A stretch of DNA of 64,000 nt from an uncultured Gemmatimonadaceae bacterium (GCA_963751275.1 CAVVTZ010000009.1:256001-320000); one strand, 5' to 3'. Positions 1-10,408 are shown, numbered from the stretch's first letter. The notes: generated by a model not told the origin, from the letters alone. Program-made: numbers and translations.

Positions 1-229
1 GCACGTGTGGGTCGATCCTGCGCAGCAAGGGATGGGCGTGGGCACCGCGCTCGTGCGCCACGCCCTCGCCGAGATCCGTGCCGTGCGCCGAGGCATGGTG
101 CAGGTCGCCTCCGATCCACACGCCACCGGGTTCTACCAGGCACTCGGCGCCGTTGCCGCGGGGAATGCACCCGCGCCGATGCCCAACGCGCCGGGCCGCA
201 CGCTGCCGCTGTTCAAGTTCACGGTGTGA
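1..229 (+). CDS. GNAT-family acetyltransferase, C-terminal part (5' end outside window)
   Basis: VDPAQQGMGVGTAL acetyl-CoA motif A and ATGFYQALG motif B. Confidence 0.8.
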   Translation, partial: HVWVDPAQQGMGVGTALVRHALAEIRAVRRGMVQVASDPHATGFYQALGAVAAGNAPAPMPNAPGRTLPLFKFTV

Positions 230-250
230 CCATTACCTAGCGAGGAACCC

Positions 251-643
251 ATGGCCGCAGCCGATCTCTCCGACGCCACCGTCGGGCAGCTGATGATCCC
301 GGTGTCCGACCTCGACGATGCCGTCGCGTTCTATCGTGATGTGCTCGGCCTGAAGTTGCTCTTCGCGGCGCCGCCGCAGATGAGCTTCTGGCAAACGGGC
401 AACGTGCGCCTGCTCGTGGGCGTCCCCGAGGCGGGCCAGTCCGCGAACCGCGGATCGATGATCTACTTCAAAGTGGCCGACATCCACGCGGTGCACGCGA
501 CGCTCAAGACGCGCGGCGTGAAGTTCTTCGCGGAGCCGCACCTCGTGCACCGCACGCCCACGAGCGAACTCTGGCTCACCGAGTTCCGCGATCCCGACGG
601 CAATCAGCTCGCACTGATGAGCGAAGTGGCGGTGAAGGCGTAG
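251..643 (+). CDS. VOC/glyoxalase family protein
   Basis: VSDLDDAVAFYRDVLGL and FRDPDGNQLAL motifs; GAGGA RBS. Confidence 0.9.
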   Translation: MAAADLSDATVGQLMIPVSDLDDAVAFYRDVLGLKLLFAAPPQMSFWQTGNVRLLVGVPEAGQSANRGSMIYFKVADIHAVHATLKTRGVKFFAEPHLVHRTPTSELWLTEFRDPDGNQLALMSEVAVKA

Positions 644-827
644 CGCGTCTGTAGGCCTTTTCCTGATTGGCGCACTGGGCTTCAGCGTCCCATTCTGCTG
701 GTGGCTGGATTGTCCACGCGCCCAATGACCAGCCTGCCCTCGCTTCCTCATTAGAATCTGCTTAGGTTGGGACGCGCAGAAGGGCAGTGAATTCGCGCGT
801 AGTCGAGTGCACTCAGGGGGTGTTGTT

Positions 828-2439
828 ATGGCACGACTGTTCCGTTCCACCGCGGCGATCGCCGCACTGCTCGTGGCCGGCGCCATGCCGTCGCTCGCGC
901 AGGCAGCGAAGAAGCCCAACATCGTCGTCATCATGGCCGACGACATCGGGTGGTTCAACATCGGCGCGTACAACCGCGGCATCATGGCGGGCAAGACGCC
1001 GAACCTCGACCAGATGGCCGCCGAGGGCATGCTGTTCACCGACTACTACGCCGAGGCCAGCTGCACGGCCGGCCGCGCGAACTTCATCACCGGTGAACTC
1101 CCCATTCGCACGGGTCTCACCACGGTGGGCCAGGCCGGCTCGCTGATCGGCATCCCCGCGGAAGCGGTCACCATCGCGCAGGTGCTCAAGTCGATGGGCT
1201 ACGCCACGGGCCAGTTCGGCAAGAACCACCTGGGGGACCACAACAACTTCCTCCCCTGCGTGCACGGCTTCGACGAGTTCTTCGGTTACCTCTATCATCT
1301 GGACGCGATGGAGGACCCCGACCACAAGAACTATCCGCAGAACCTCCGCAACACCGTCGGGCCGCGCAACATGGTCTCGTGCGTCGCGACCACCAAGAAC
1401 GATCCCACCGTGCAGCCGCGCTGGGGCGAGATCGGCATGCAGACGATCAAGGATGAGGGCCCGTTGCCGCCGCTCCGCATGGAGACGGTGGACGACGAGA
1501 TCCTCGCGCGCGCGCTCGACGTTCCTCGACAAGGCGAAGAAGGACGGCAAGCCGTTCTTCCTCTGGCTCAACCCGACGCGCATGCACGTGATCACGCATC
1601 TCGCGCCGAAGTACAACGACATGCGCACGTCCGAGAACGGGTGGTCGATCCAGGAAGCCGGCATGTTCCAGCTGGACGAGATCGTCGGCAGCGTGATGAA
1701 GAAGCTCAAGGACATGGGCGTGGATGACAACACGGTGCTCGTCTTCACGACGGACAACGGCGCCGAGAACTTCACCTGGCCCGACGGCGGCCAGACGCCC
1801 TTCGCGGGCGGCAAGGGAACGGTGCTGGAAGGCGGCTTCCGCGTGCCCGCGATCGCGCGCTGGCCCGGCAAGATCAAGCCGGGTTCGGTGCAGAACGGGA
1901 TCTTCTCCGGTCTCGACTGGTTCCCGACGTTCGTCGCCGCGGCCGGCAATGCGAACATCGCGGCCGAGCTGAAGGCGGGCGCGACGATCGGCGGCACGAA
2001 GTACAAGGTGCATCTCGACGGCTACAACCAGATGGATGCGCTCACCGGCAAGGCCCCGTCGGCGCGCCACGAAGTGTTCTACTTCGCCGAGAGCACGCTG
2101 GGCGCGGTGCGCATCGATGATTACAAGTACCGCTTCATCGACCAGCCGGGCGGTTGGCTCGGCGGAACGATCAAGCCCGATTGGCCTATCCTGGTGAACC
2201 TCCGCCTCGATCCCTTCGAGCGCACGGGTCTGCCGAATGGCGCGAACGGCTCGCTCGCGTTCTATAACTGGTACGCGTTCGAGTTCTGGCGCTTCGTCTA
2301 TGCGTCGAACGAGATCGGCATGTACGCGCAGACGTTCCTGGAATTCCCGCCCATGCAGCGCGGCGCAAGCTTCAATCTCGAAGCGCTGAAGGCGGAGCTG
2401 GAAGCGAAGATGGCGGCGATGGCGAAGGTCTCGGAGTAG
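828..2439 (+). CDS. Arylsulfatase with signal peptide; one frameshift near 1520
   Basis: KPNIVVIMADD, CTAGRA (CxxxR) and GKNHL motifs in ORF 807..1727; continues in ORF 1453..2439 (TTDNG, GKGTVLEGGFRVP). Confidence 0.9.
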
Positions 2440-2454
2440 GCCGCCCCTCGTTGC

Positions 2455-2490
2455 CGACGGCCCCGCGCAAGACATTGCGCGGGGCCGTCG
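2455..2490 (+). terminator. GC-rich hairpin, probable terminator
   Basis: cgacggccccgcgcaa-gaca-ttgcgcggggccgtcg after the sulfatase stop; similar hairpins at ~24203 and ~25017. Confidence 0.6.
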
Positions 2491-2516
2491 TGTCTTCCTC
2501 CCTTTCTCAGAATCAC

Positions 2517-2753
2517 ATGATCACTCTGCGCGACAACGACAACGGCCAGCTCATTGGCTCGGTAACGGAAGAGGAATTCCAGGTGCTCGTCGATGCGCTC
2601 GAGGAGGAATCCGACGAGGACACGGATTACTACATCGAGGCCGGCACGATCGAGATGCTCGAGGACGACGGCGCGCCGGAGGGTCTCGTGAAGCTGCTGC
2701 GGGATGCGCTGGGCACACGCGACGGCGTCGAGATCGCCTGGTCGAGGGCGTAG
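2517..2753 (+). CDS. Small acidic hypothetical protein
   Basis: 78-aa ORF with typical codon usage; LEEES..DTDYYI motif. Confidence 0.7.
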   Translation: MITLRDNDNGQLIGSVTEEEFQVLVDALEEESDEDTDYYIEAGTIEMLEDDGAPEGLVKLLRDALGTRDGVEIAWSRA

Positions 2754-2786
2754 GCCAACGGCCCAGTGATAGTCATACCGCGGATC

Positions 2787-2940
2787 GTGGTGGCTTCCCG
2801 CTGGACGAACGAACGGCGACGTTGGACGTTGGCCCGCGTGGAGGCTGGTTGCTGAGAGTGGGGGGCCACTCCTAGTCTCCAAGCGCCACGCGGGCTAACG
2901 TCCAACGTCGCCGTCCGTTGGTCCATCTGGAAGCCACCAC
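2787..2940. repeat. Long palindromic element, family B copy 1
   Basis: Arms gtggtggcttcc..ggcgacgttggacgttggcccgcgtgg / ccacgcgggctaacgtccaacgtcgcc..ggaagccaccac; homolog at 57010-57168. Confidence 0.9.
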
Positions 2941-2962
2941 TCCAAGCAGTTGAGGACTTTGA

Positions 2963-3709
2963 GTGTCCGATAAAGTCGTGATCATCACCGGCGCGAGCAG
3001 CGGCATTGGCGCCGCGCTGGCCGAGCTCCTCGCCAAGCAGGGCGACTCCGTCGTCCTCGTCGCCCGCCGCGCCGCCGAACTCAAGGCCGTCGCCGACCGC
3101 TGCGGCCCCATGGCCCTCGCGATCGTCGCCGATGTCACCCACCGCGGCGAGGTGAAGCGCGTCATCGCCGAGTCGATCGCGCGGCTCGGCCGCATCGATG
3201 TCCTGGTCAACAATGTGGGGCAGGGGATCACCCGCGCGCCGAGCCAGCTCACCGACAGCGACATCGATGACATGATTCGCACGAACGTGAAATCCGCCAT
3301 CTACGGCATGCAGGAGATCCTGCCGCACTTCCAGTCGCGTGGCGAAGGGCACGTCATCAACATCTCCTCGATGCTCGGCCGCATGCCCTTCGCCGTCATC
3401 CGCTCGGCGTACACTGGCGCGAAGCACTTCCTGAATGCCATCACCGCGATGTTCCGCACGGAGGTGCAGGCGACGTACCCGAACATCCAGTTCTCCCTCG
3501 TGTCGCCGCCGGTGGTGCACACCGATTTCGGCTTGCACGCGATGCACGGCGGCCCCGACTCTCGGCAGCTGCCCGGAGGCCAAGAGGTGGATGAGGTCGC
3601 GAAAGTGATCGCGGGCGTGATCGCGTCGCGGCGGCCGGATGTCTATACGCGCGCAGGCTCGAAGGCCGCGGTGAGCGCGTACTTCGAGAAGACGGGCGAG
3701 GATCCGTGA
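2963..3709 (+). CDS. SDR family oxidoreductase
   Basis: TGASSGIG, VNNVG, and YTGAK (YxxxK) motifs. Confidence 0.95.
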   Translation: MSDKVVIITGASSGIGAALAELLAKQGDSVVLVARRAAELKAVADRCGPMALAIVADVTHRGEVKRVIAESIARLGRIDVLVNNVGQGITRAPSQLTDSDIDDMIRTNVKSAIYGMQEILPHFQSRGEGHVINISSMLGRMPFAVIRSAYTGAKHFLNAITAMFRTEVQATYPNIQFSLVSPPVVHTDFGLHAMHGGPDSRQLPGGQEVDEVAKVIAGVIASRRPDVYTRAGSKAAVSAYFEKTGEDP

Positions 3710-4245
3710 TGCCACCTCGCGTGCCCGCCGCGCTCCGCTGGCTGCTCGCGCTCATGGTGCTTGGCACCAGCCTGCGCCTCTGGGCCGGCATCGCGGTGCC
3801 CGTGCTCGATATCTCGGACAAGGGCCAACTCTGGGCCGGGCTCGGCGCCGGACTCGCGATGGCGTTCATCGCGCGCTATCTCACGCGTGGCCACGAACTC
3901 GGCATGGGCAACGCGCCCCCCTGGCTCGCCCGCTCGATCGTCGCGTTACTCGGGTTCTCACTCGGCGTACTGCTGGGATCCGGATTGTTCCTCGCGGGGA
4001 ACGCGCTGCTCGATCGCGCACCGGTGCAGTGGACGACGTTCACGGTAGAAGGCCATCCGCGCGGGCGGAATGGGAGCCGATTGGAATTGCGGGAATACCT
4101 CGGCGATGGATCGGTGCACGAGGTGTGGATTCCCGACACGCGCGGGACCGCGAATCTGTCCATCGGCGAGAAGGTCGAGCTGCCGATCAGGCCCGGGGCG
4201 TTCGGGTCGCCTTGGATGGATGGAGCGGTGCGGATGGCGCCGTGA
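3706..4245 (+). CDS. Hypothetical membrane protein
   Basis: Three hydrophobic segments; GTGA overlap with the SDR stop. Confidence 0.7.
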   Translation: MMPPRVPAALRWLLALMVLGTSLRLWAGIAVPVLDISDKGQLWAGLGAGLAMAFIARYLTRGHELGMGNAPPWLARSIVALLGFSLGVLLGSGLFLAGNALLDRAPVQWTTFTVEGHPRGRNGSRLELREYLGDGSVHEVWIPDTRGTANLSIGEKVELPIRPGAFGSPWMDGAVRMAP

Positions 4246-4402
4246 TCGGGCAACAGCAACGAACTGCATTTGACAGGATGACAGGATGAACAGGATAACT
4301 GCTGATGACAACTTGAGGCGTGAGCGCCTCAAGTTGTCATCAGCAGTTATCCTGTTCATCCTGTCATCCTGTCAAAGCAGTTCGTTGCTGTTGCCCGATC
4401 AC
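4242..4402. repeat. Near-perfect 161-bp palindrome, family C copy 1
   Basis: gtgatcgggcaacagcaacgaactgc..tgacaggatgacaggatgaacaggataactgctgatgacaacttgaggcg | tgag | reverse complement. Confidence 0.95.
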
Positions 4403-4461
4403 TTGCCATCCCGCTCCCCCAAGCCCAACATAGACATGCCCGCCCCATGGGAGATCGCACC

Positions 4462-6285
4462 GTGGCCCCGACGAACGTCTCGGACCCGAAGTACTACCAC
4501 AAAGTCGTCGACTGCCAATGGGCATGTCCTGCCCACACGAACGTCCCGGAATACCTCCGCCTGATCGCGCAGGGCCAGTATTCCGATTCCTACATGCTCA
4601 ATCGCGAATCGAACGTCTTTCCCGGCATCCTGGGAAGGACCTGCGACCGCCCGTGTGAACCTGCCTGCCGCCGCGGCCGAGTGGACGGCAAACCGGTCGC
4701 GATCTGCCGCCTGAAGCGCGTTGCCGCCGATCTGCGCGACGACATCACCGACCGCCTCCCCACCGCGCCTCTCATCAAGAACGGCAAGCGTATCGCCCTC
4801 GTCGGTTGCGGCCCCGCGTCGCTCACGGTCGCGAACGATCTCATGCCGATGGGCTACGAGTGCGTGATCTTCGAGAAGATGGACCGCTCAGGCGGGCTCA
4901 TGCGCATCAATATCCCTGCCTTCCGTCTTCCCGCCCACGTCCTGGATGAGGAGATCGAGTACATCACGAACATGGGCGTCGAGGTCCGCTACAACGCGCC
5001 CGTGAACAGCATGAAATCCCTGCTCGCCGAGGGCTTCGACGCGGTGTTCGTCGGCAGCGGCGCGCCCAAGGGGAAAGAGCTGGACATCCCCGGCCGCAAC
5101 GACCCCGCGATCGCGGCGAACATCCAGATCGGCATCGAATGGCTCGCGTCGGTCCACTTCGGCCACATCGAGAAGATCGGCAAGCGCGTGCTCATCATCG
5201 GCGTCGGCAATACGGCCATGGATTGCTGCCGCACGTCGAAACGGCTCGGCGCCACCGATGTGAAGGTCATCGCGCGCCGCGGCCGCCGCTATTTCAAGGC
5301 GAGCCCGTGGGAATTGGAGGACGCTGAAGAAGAATTGGTCGAGATCGTCGAGAACCACGCCCCCAAGCGCTTCGTGATCGAGAAGGGGAAGCTCGTAGGG
5401 ATGGAGTTCGAAGTGCTCCGCTGGACCGTGAGCCCCGACGGCAAGCAGTCGAGCGAGGTGCTCGACACCGTGACGCTCCCGTGCGACGACGTGATCCTCG
5501 CGATCGGCCAGGACAACGCCTTCCCCTGGATCGAGCGCGACATCGGCATCGAGTTCGACAAATGGGAGATGCCGGTGGTGGACAAGACCACCTACCAGTG
5601 CTCGCGCCCCGGCGTCTTCTTCGGCGGCGATGCCGCGTGGGGCCCGCTCAACATCATCTGGGCCGTGGAGCACGGGCACCAGGCCGCGATCTCCATCCAC
5701 AACCATTGTCAGGGCCTCCCGATCACGGATCGACCGTCGTTCGGGATGAATCTCGTGAGCGCGAAGATGGGCATGCACGCGTGGAGCTACAGCAACGACT
5801 ACAATCCCAGCCCTCGCGCGAAGATGAATCACGAGGAGCTCGTGAAGCGCTTCACCGACGTCCACATCGAGGTTGAACTCGGCTTCACCCCCGAGCAGAC
5901 CGCGCGCGAAGTGGAGCGCTGTTTGAACTGCGACATCGAGACGCACTTCACCGCGAACCTCTGCATCGAGTGCGATGCCTGCGTCGATGTGTGTCCAGTG
6001 AACTGTCTCACCATCGCCCCCGGCGGCGAAGAGAGCGACCTCCGCACTCGCCTGATGGCCCCCGCGACCAATCTGACGCAGGACCTCTACATCTCACCGG
6101 AATTGCCGCAAACGAAACGCGTGATGCTGAAGGATGAAGACGTCTGTCTTCACTGTGGTTTGTGCGCCGAGCGCTGCCCCACGGCAGCCTGGGACATGAG
6201 AAAGTTCGAGCTCGAGATCCCCTACGCGTTCGGCAGTGGCGGTGTAGTGGCAGGCGACAGCCAACAGCCGACAGCCAGCCGTTAG
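4462..6285 (+). CDS. FAD/NAD(P)H-dependent oxidoreductase (GltD-like) with C-terminal 2x[4Fe-4S] domain
   Basis: CQWACP and GRTCDRPCEPACRR N-terminal Fe-S motifs; GCGPA and GVGNTAMD nucleotide motifs; CIECDACVDVCP and CLHCGLCAERCP; start could be 4447. Confidence 0.9.
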   Translation: MAPTNVSDPKYYHKVVDCQWACPAHTNVPEYLRLIAQGQYSDSYMLNRESNVFPGILGRTCDRPCEPACRRGRVDGKPVAICRLKRVAADLRDDITDRLPTAPLIKNGKRIALVGCGPASLTVANDLMPMGYECVIFEKMDRSGGLMRINIPAFRLPAHVLDEEIEYITNMGVEVRYNAPVNSMKSLLAEGFDAVFVGSGAPKGKELDIPGRNDPAIAANIQIGIEWLASVHFGHIEKIGKRVLIIGVGNTAMDCCRTSKRLGATDVKVIARRGRRYFKASPWELEDAEEELVEIVENHAPKRFVIEKGKLVGMEFEVLRWTVSPDGKQSSEVLDTVTLPCDDVILAIGQDNAFPWIERDIGIEFDKWEMPVVDKTTYQCSRPGVFFGGDAAWGPLNIIWAVEHGHQAAISIHNHCQGLPITDRPSFGMNLVSAKMGMHAWSYSNDYNPSPRAKMNHEELVKRFTDVHIEVELGFTPEQTAREVERCLNCDIETHFTANLCIECDACVDVCPVNCLTIAPGGEESDLRTRLMAPATNLTQDLYISPELPQTKRVMLKDEDVCLHCGLCAERCPTAAWDMRKFELEIPYAFGSGGVVAGDSQQPTASR

Positions 6286-8124
6286 ATGTCTGCCGTTAAC
6301 GACTTCGCGATCAAGATCGCAACAGTGAACGGCACCGGAAGCGCGAGCGCGAACGGTCTGTTGATGCAGACCATCTTCCGCATGGGCATCCCCGTCAGCG
6401 GCAAGAACATCTTCCCCTCCAACATCCAGGGCCTCCCCACCTGGTACGAGATCCGCGTCAGCGGCCAGGGCTACACCGCGCGCCCGCCCGAGATCGATCT
6501 CGTCGTCGCGCTCAACAACTCCACATACGCGAAAGACGTCGCCGCCGTGCGCCCGGGCGGTTATCTCCTCTACGATTCCAGCTGGCCCCTCAATGCCGCG
6601 CTGAAACGCGACGACATCACGATCCTCGGCGTCCCCTTCGGCAAGATGTGCGTCGAGACCTTCGAGCGGGACCGCGACCGCACGCTGCTGCGCAACATCG
6701 CCTACGCCGGCGCGCTCGCGGCGCTCCTGTCGATCGACATGGAGATCATCACCGAGGCGCTCACCGAGAAATTCAGCAAGAAGAAAGCGCTGCTCGACGC
6801 GAACTTCACCGCGATCAAGCTCGGCTACGATTTCGCGAAGGCCCACTTCAAGTGCCCGCTCGATTTCCATCTGCAGAAGATGGACGCCACGAGCGGCCAC
6901 ATCCTGATCGACGGCAACACTGCCAGCGCGCTCGGCGCCGTCTACGCCGGCGCGACCGTGGGCGCGTGGTACCCGATCACGCCGGCCACGTCGCTGATGG
7001 AGGCGTTCAAGGAATTCTGCGAGCGCTACCGCGTGGACCCAAGAACGAAAGAGAAACGCTTCTGCATCATCCAGGCGGAAGATGAACTGGCCGCCGCCGG
7101 CATCGTGATCGGGGCAGGGTGGGCGGGCGCGCGGTCGTTCACGTCCACGGCGGGCCCCGGCATCGATCTCATGAGCGAATTCATCGGGCTCGCGTACTAT
7201 ACCGAGACGCCGGCCGTCTTCTTCGATGTGCAGCGCACCGGCCCCAGCACGGGAATGCCCACGCGCACGCAGCAAGGCGACCTGATGTCCATCGCCTACG
7301 CCTCGCACGGCGACACCAAGCACATCATGATCTTCCCGTGCAATCCGGAAGAATGTTTCTCGATGAGCGTGGAGAGCTTCGACCTCGCCGAGCGTTTCCA
7401 GACGCCGGTATTCGTCGTGAGCGACCTGGACATCGGGATGAACGACTGGATGTGCAAGCGTCTCACGTGGGACGACAGCTTCCGCCCGGACCGCGGCAAG
7501 GTGCTCGGGCCGGCGGAGCTGGAGAAGATCAAGAAGTTCAATCGTTATCTCGACCTCGACGGCGACGGCATCGCCGCGCGCACCTTGCCGGGCCAGAGCG
7601 CGAAAGGCGCATATTTCTCGCGCGGATCGGGCCACGACAAGTACGGCGGCTACACCGAGGACAGCGACGCGTACCAGGAGGTCGTGGACCGGATCGCGAG
7701 GAAGATCAACGGCTCCGCGCCTTCGCTGCCCGCACCCGAGATCATCAAGCAGAAGGGCGCCAAGATCGGCATCGTGTCCATCGGCGGCTGCCACGCGGCG
7801 GTAAAGGAGGCCTGCGACGTGCTCGCCGCCGCCGGCACGAAAGTGGACTACATGCGCATCCGATCGTTCCCCTTCGATAAACCCGTACTGGATTTCCTGG
7901 AGGGCCATGAGAAAGTGTTCGTCGTGGAGCAGAACCGCGACGCCCAACTCCGCGCCCTGTTGACCATCGAAACCGGTTTCCCGCGCGACCAGATGACCGC
8001 CGTGCTGGACTACGCCGGCCTGCCCCTCACCGCCAAGGTAGTGATCGAAGCCGTCTCGCCGCCGACAGCCGACAGCCGACAGCCCGCCCGTGCAGTTAAG
8101 AAGAAGAAGGGTGCCCCCGCATGA
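6286..8124 (+). CDS. korA: 2-oxoacid:acceptor oxidoreductase subunit alpha
   Basis: YPITP, QAEDE, QRTGPSTGMPT motifs with N-terminal gamma domain. Confidence 0.9.
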   Translation: MSAVNDFAIKIATVNGTGSASANGLLMQTIFRMGIPVSGKNIFPSNIQGLPTWYEIRVSGQGYTARPPEIDLVVALNNSTYAKDVAAVRPGGYLLYDSSWPLNAALKRDDITILGVPFGKMCVETFERDRDRTLLRNIAYAGALAALLSIDMEIITEALTEKFSKKKALLDANFTAIKLGYDFAKAHFKCPLDFHLQKMDATSGHILIDGNTASALGAVYAGATVGAWYPITPATSLMEAFKEFCERYRVDPRTKEKRFCIIQAEDELAAAGIVIGAGWAGARSFTSTAGPGIDLMSEFIGLAYYTETPAVFFDVQRTGPSTGMPTRTQQGDLMSIAYASHGDTKHIMIFPCNPEECFSMSVESFDLAERFQTPVFVVSDLDIGMNDWMCKRLTWDDSFRPDRGKVLGPAELEKIKKFNRYLDLDGDGIAARTLPGQSAKGAYFSRGSGHDKYGGYTEDSDAYQEVVDRIARKINGSAPSLPAPEIIKQKGAKIGIVSIGGCHAAVKEACDVLAAAGTKVDYMRIRSFPFDKPVLDFLEGHEKVFVVEQNRDAQLRALLTIETGFPRDQMTAVLDYAGLPLTAKVVIEAVSPPTADSRQPARAVKKKKGAPA

Positions 8125-9176
8125 CCTCCATCACGAAACCCCCAGTCACCCACCCCGGCCTCAAGAAGAACCAACTCGGCCTCACGACGCGTGACTACGA
8201 AGGCGCGATGTCCACCCTCTGCGCCGGCTGCGGCCACGACTCCGTCACCGCCGCCCTGATCACCGCCTTCTGGGAATGCGATGTGCCGCCCCACATGGCC
8301 GCGAAACTCAGCGGCATCGGGTGCTCGTCCAAGACCACCGCGTACTTCATGAAGCAATCGCACGGTTTCAATTCCGTGCACGGCCGCATGCCCGCGATGG
8401 CGAGCGGCGCGAACGCGGCCAATCGCGATCTGATCTGCATCGGCATCTCCGGCGATGGCGATTCCCTCTCGATCGGACTCGGCCAGCTCAGCCACGCGAT
8501 CCGTCGCAATATCAGCCTGCTCTACGTGATCGAGAACAACGGTGTGTACGGACTCACAAAGGGACAGTTCTCGGCGTCATCCGACTTGGGCTCCAAATCC
8601 AAGAAGGGCGAAGCCAACGTCTCGCCGCCGATCGATCCGTGTCTGCTCGCGCTCACCCTTGGCGCGACCTTCGTCGCCCGCTGTTTCTCGGGCGACAAGA
8701 AACAGCTCGTGCCCATCCTCAGCGCCGGCCTGCGTCACAAGGGATTGGCGCTCATCGATGTGATCAGCCCATGCGTGACGTTCAACGATCACGAGGGCTC
8801 AACCAAGAGCTATCGCTACACCCGCGAGCACACGAGCGAGGTGGAGTGGGGCGATATGGTCCCACTGCGCCGCGAGATCACCGCCCCCGATGCCGACGCC
8901 GATGTCGTGACCGTCACCATGCACGACGGTGTGTCGATGCGATTCCGGAAGACCACCGGCGGCTACGATCCCACCGACCGCGAGGCGGCCTACGCCCACG
9001 TGCGCGCCTGCCAGAAACGCGGCGAGGTCGCGACCGGTTTGCTCTTCATCGATGAATCGGGGCACGACATGCATGCCGTGAATCACACCGTCGAGCGGCC
9101 GCTGGTGGACGTGCCATACGAAGAGCTCTGCCCCGGCAGCGCCGCGCTCGAAGAGTTGATGGGAGAGTTCCGCTGA
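8121..9176 (+). CDS. korB: 2-oxoacid:ferredoxin oxidoreductase subunit beta
   Basis: CAGCGH, SGIGCS, GDGD TPP motif, NNGVYGLTKGQ. Confidence 0.9.
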   Translation: MTSITKPPVTHPGLKKNQLGLTTRDYEGAMSTLCAGCGHDSVTAALITAFWECDVPPHMAAKLSGIGCSSKTTAYFMKQSHGFNSVHGRMPAMASGANAANRDLICIGISGDGDSLSIGLGQLSHAIRRNISLLYVIENNGVYGLTKGQFSASSDLGSKSKKGEANVSPPIDPCLLALTLGATFVARCFSGDKKQLVPILSAGLRHKGLALIDVISPCVTFNDHEGSTKSYRYTREHTSEVEWGDMVPLRREITAPDADADVVTVTMHDGVSMRFRKTTGGYDPTDREAAYAHVRACQKRGEVATGLLFIDESGHDMHAVNHTVERPLVDVPYEELCPGSAALEELMGEFR

Positions 9177-9283
9177 CGGAATCCCTTCCGCCGACGGACG
9201 ATCGCCGGCCTCCCGCGACGATATTCATCGGCGCGCTGATCATCGGCGCTGGATTCATTTTCGGCGCGCCGCACGTTGGGGTC

Positions 9284-9562
9284 GTGATGATCACGTCCCT
9301 CCTCGGCCTTACGATCTGCGCGTACGGCTGTTATCGGTGGGCGCAAACCGCCAAACCGGCACAGATGGTCGCGTGGGGTATTGTTGGCGCTGCCACGCTG
9401 CCCATGCTTTCCAAGATGATCGTGTTCTCGCTTCATGATTGGGACTTCTTTCCTTACATCGCTCTAGCGGCGGTGTCCGTCATCGGGGTCGTGCTTCTGA
9501 TCGTCGGGATCTGGCGCTGGCTTCGCGAGCGCGACAGCTATCTGACGACGACTTTACGATGA
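9284..9562 (+). CDS. Small hypothetical membrane protein (start uncertain)
   Basis: Three hydrophobic helices; ATGA overlap with the next gene. Confidence 0.55.
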   Translation: MMITSLLGLTICAYGCYRWAQTAKPAQMVAWGIVGAATLPMLSKMIVFSLHDWDFFPYIALAAVSVIGVVLLIVGIWRWLRERDSYLTTTLR

Positions 9563-10188
9563 ACCTTCTCATCCTCGGCGCCTCTGGCGCGACCGGAAAG
9601 TTGCTTGTTGCCCAAGCGATCGCGGCGGGACATCGTGTCACCGCGGTCTCGCGGCATCCGGAGCGGATCGGGACGGCGCATGCGAATCTCACGATCAGCA
9701 CTGGCGACGTCGCGGGCGATCCGGGTGTGATGGTGAAGATGCTGCCGGGCCATGACGCCGTGCTCAGCACGCTCGGACGCGGACTGTCGTTCTCGCCGCA
9801 GGCATTGATGGCGCGCAGTGCCGCGAATGTCATTCCCGTCATGGAACGGCTCGGGCCACGCCGGCTCGTATGGCTGTCGGCGTACGGCGTGGCGCCTGAC
9901 TACGACGGCGCGACGGGAATGACGAGGCTTTTCTTCAGTACGTTGCTGCGGGGGATATATGCTGACAAATCGCTCGGCGAGGCGGCGGTGCGGGGGAGTG
10001 GGTTGGAGTGGACGTTGGTGAATCCCGTGATGCTCACGAACGATCCGCCGATCGCGAACTATCGTGCGATCGAGGAGCTTCGCGGAGTGAGTGGGGCGAA
10101 GATTCCGCGCGCGAATGTGGCGGCGTTCATGTTGAAGTGTGTGACCGACCGTGGCACTATCTCTAAGAGATTGATCGTCGCGCCTTAG
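9559..10188 (+). CDS. NAD(P)H-binding protein (flavin reductase/BVR-B-like atypical SDR)
   Basis: ILGASGATG; SGLEWTLVNP; IPRANVA. Confidence 0.85.
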   Translation: MNLLILGASGATGKLLVAQAIAAGHRVTAVSRHPERIGTAHANLTISTGDVAGDPGVMVKMLPGHDAVLSTLGRGLSFSPQALMARSAANVIPVMERLGPRRLVWLSAYGVAPDYDGATGMTRLFFSTLLRGIYADKSLGEAAVRGSGLEWTLVNPVMLTNDPPIANYRAIEELRGVSGAKIPRANVAAFMLKCVTDRGTISKRLIVAP

Positions 10189-10223
10189 GCAACTACACGG
10201 CGCGGCCCACGAGCGCGGTTATC

Positions 10224-10408
10224 GTTGCAGCTAACAGCAAACAGTCACGAGAACCGCACGGCAGGCTACAGTCAACAGTCAACAGGTCACAGAAATCAGA
10301 TCAGGAATGGGCGACTTACATCGCCCGTTCGTGATCCGTTTTCTGTGAGCTGTTGACTGTTGACTGTAGACTGGCAGTCACTCGTGACTGTTTGCTGTTA
10401 GCTGCAGC
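10224..10408. repeat. Long palindromic element, family A copy 1
   Basis: gttgcagctaacagcaaacagtcacgag..cagtcaacagtcaacaggtcacaga / tctgtgagctgttgactgttgactg..ctcgtgactgtttgctgttagctgc. Confidence 0.95.
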
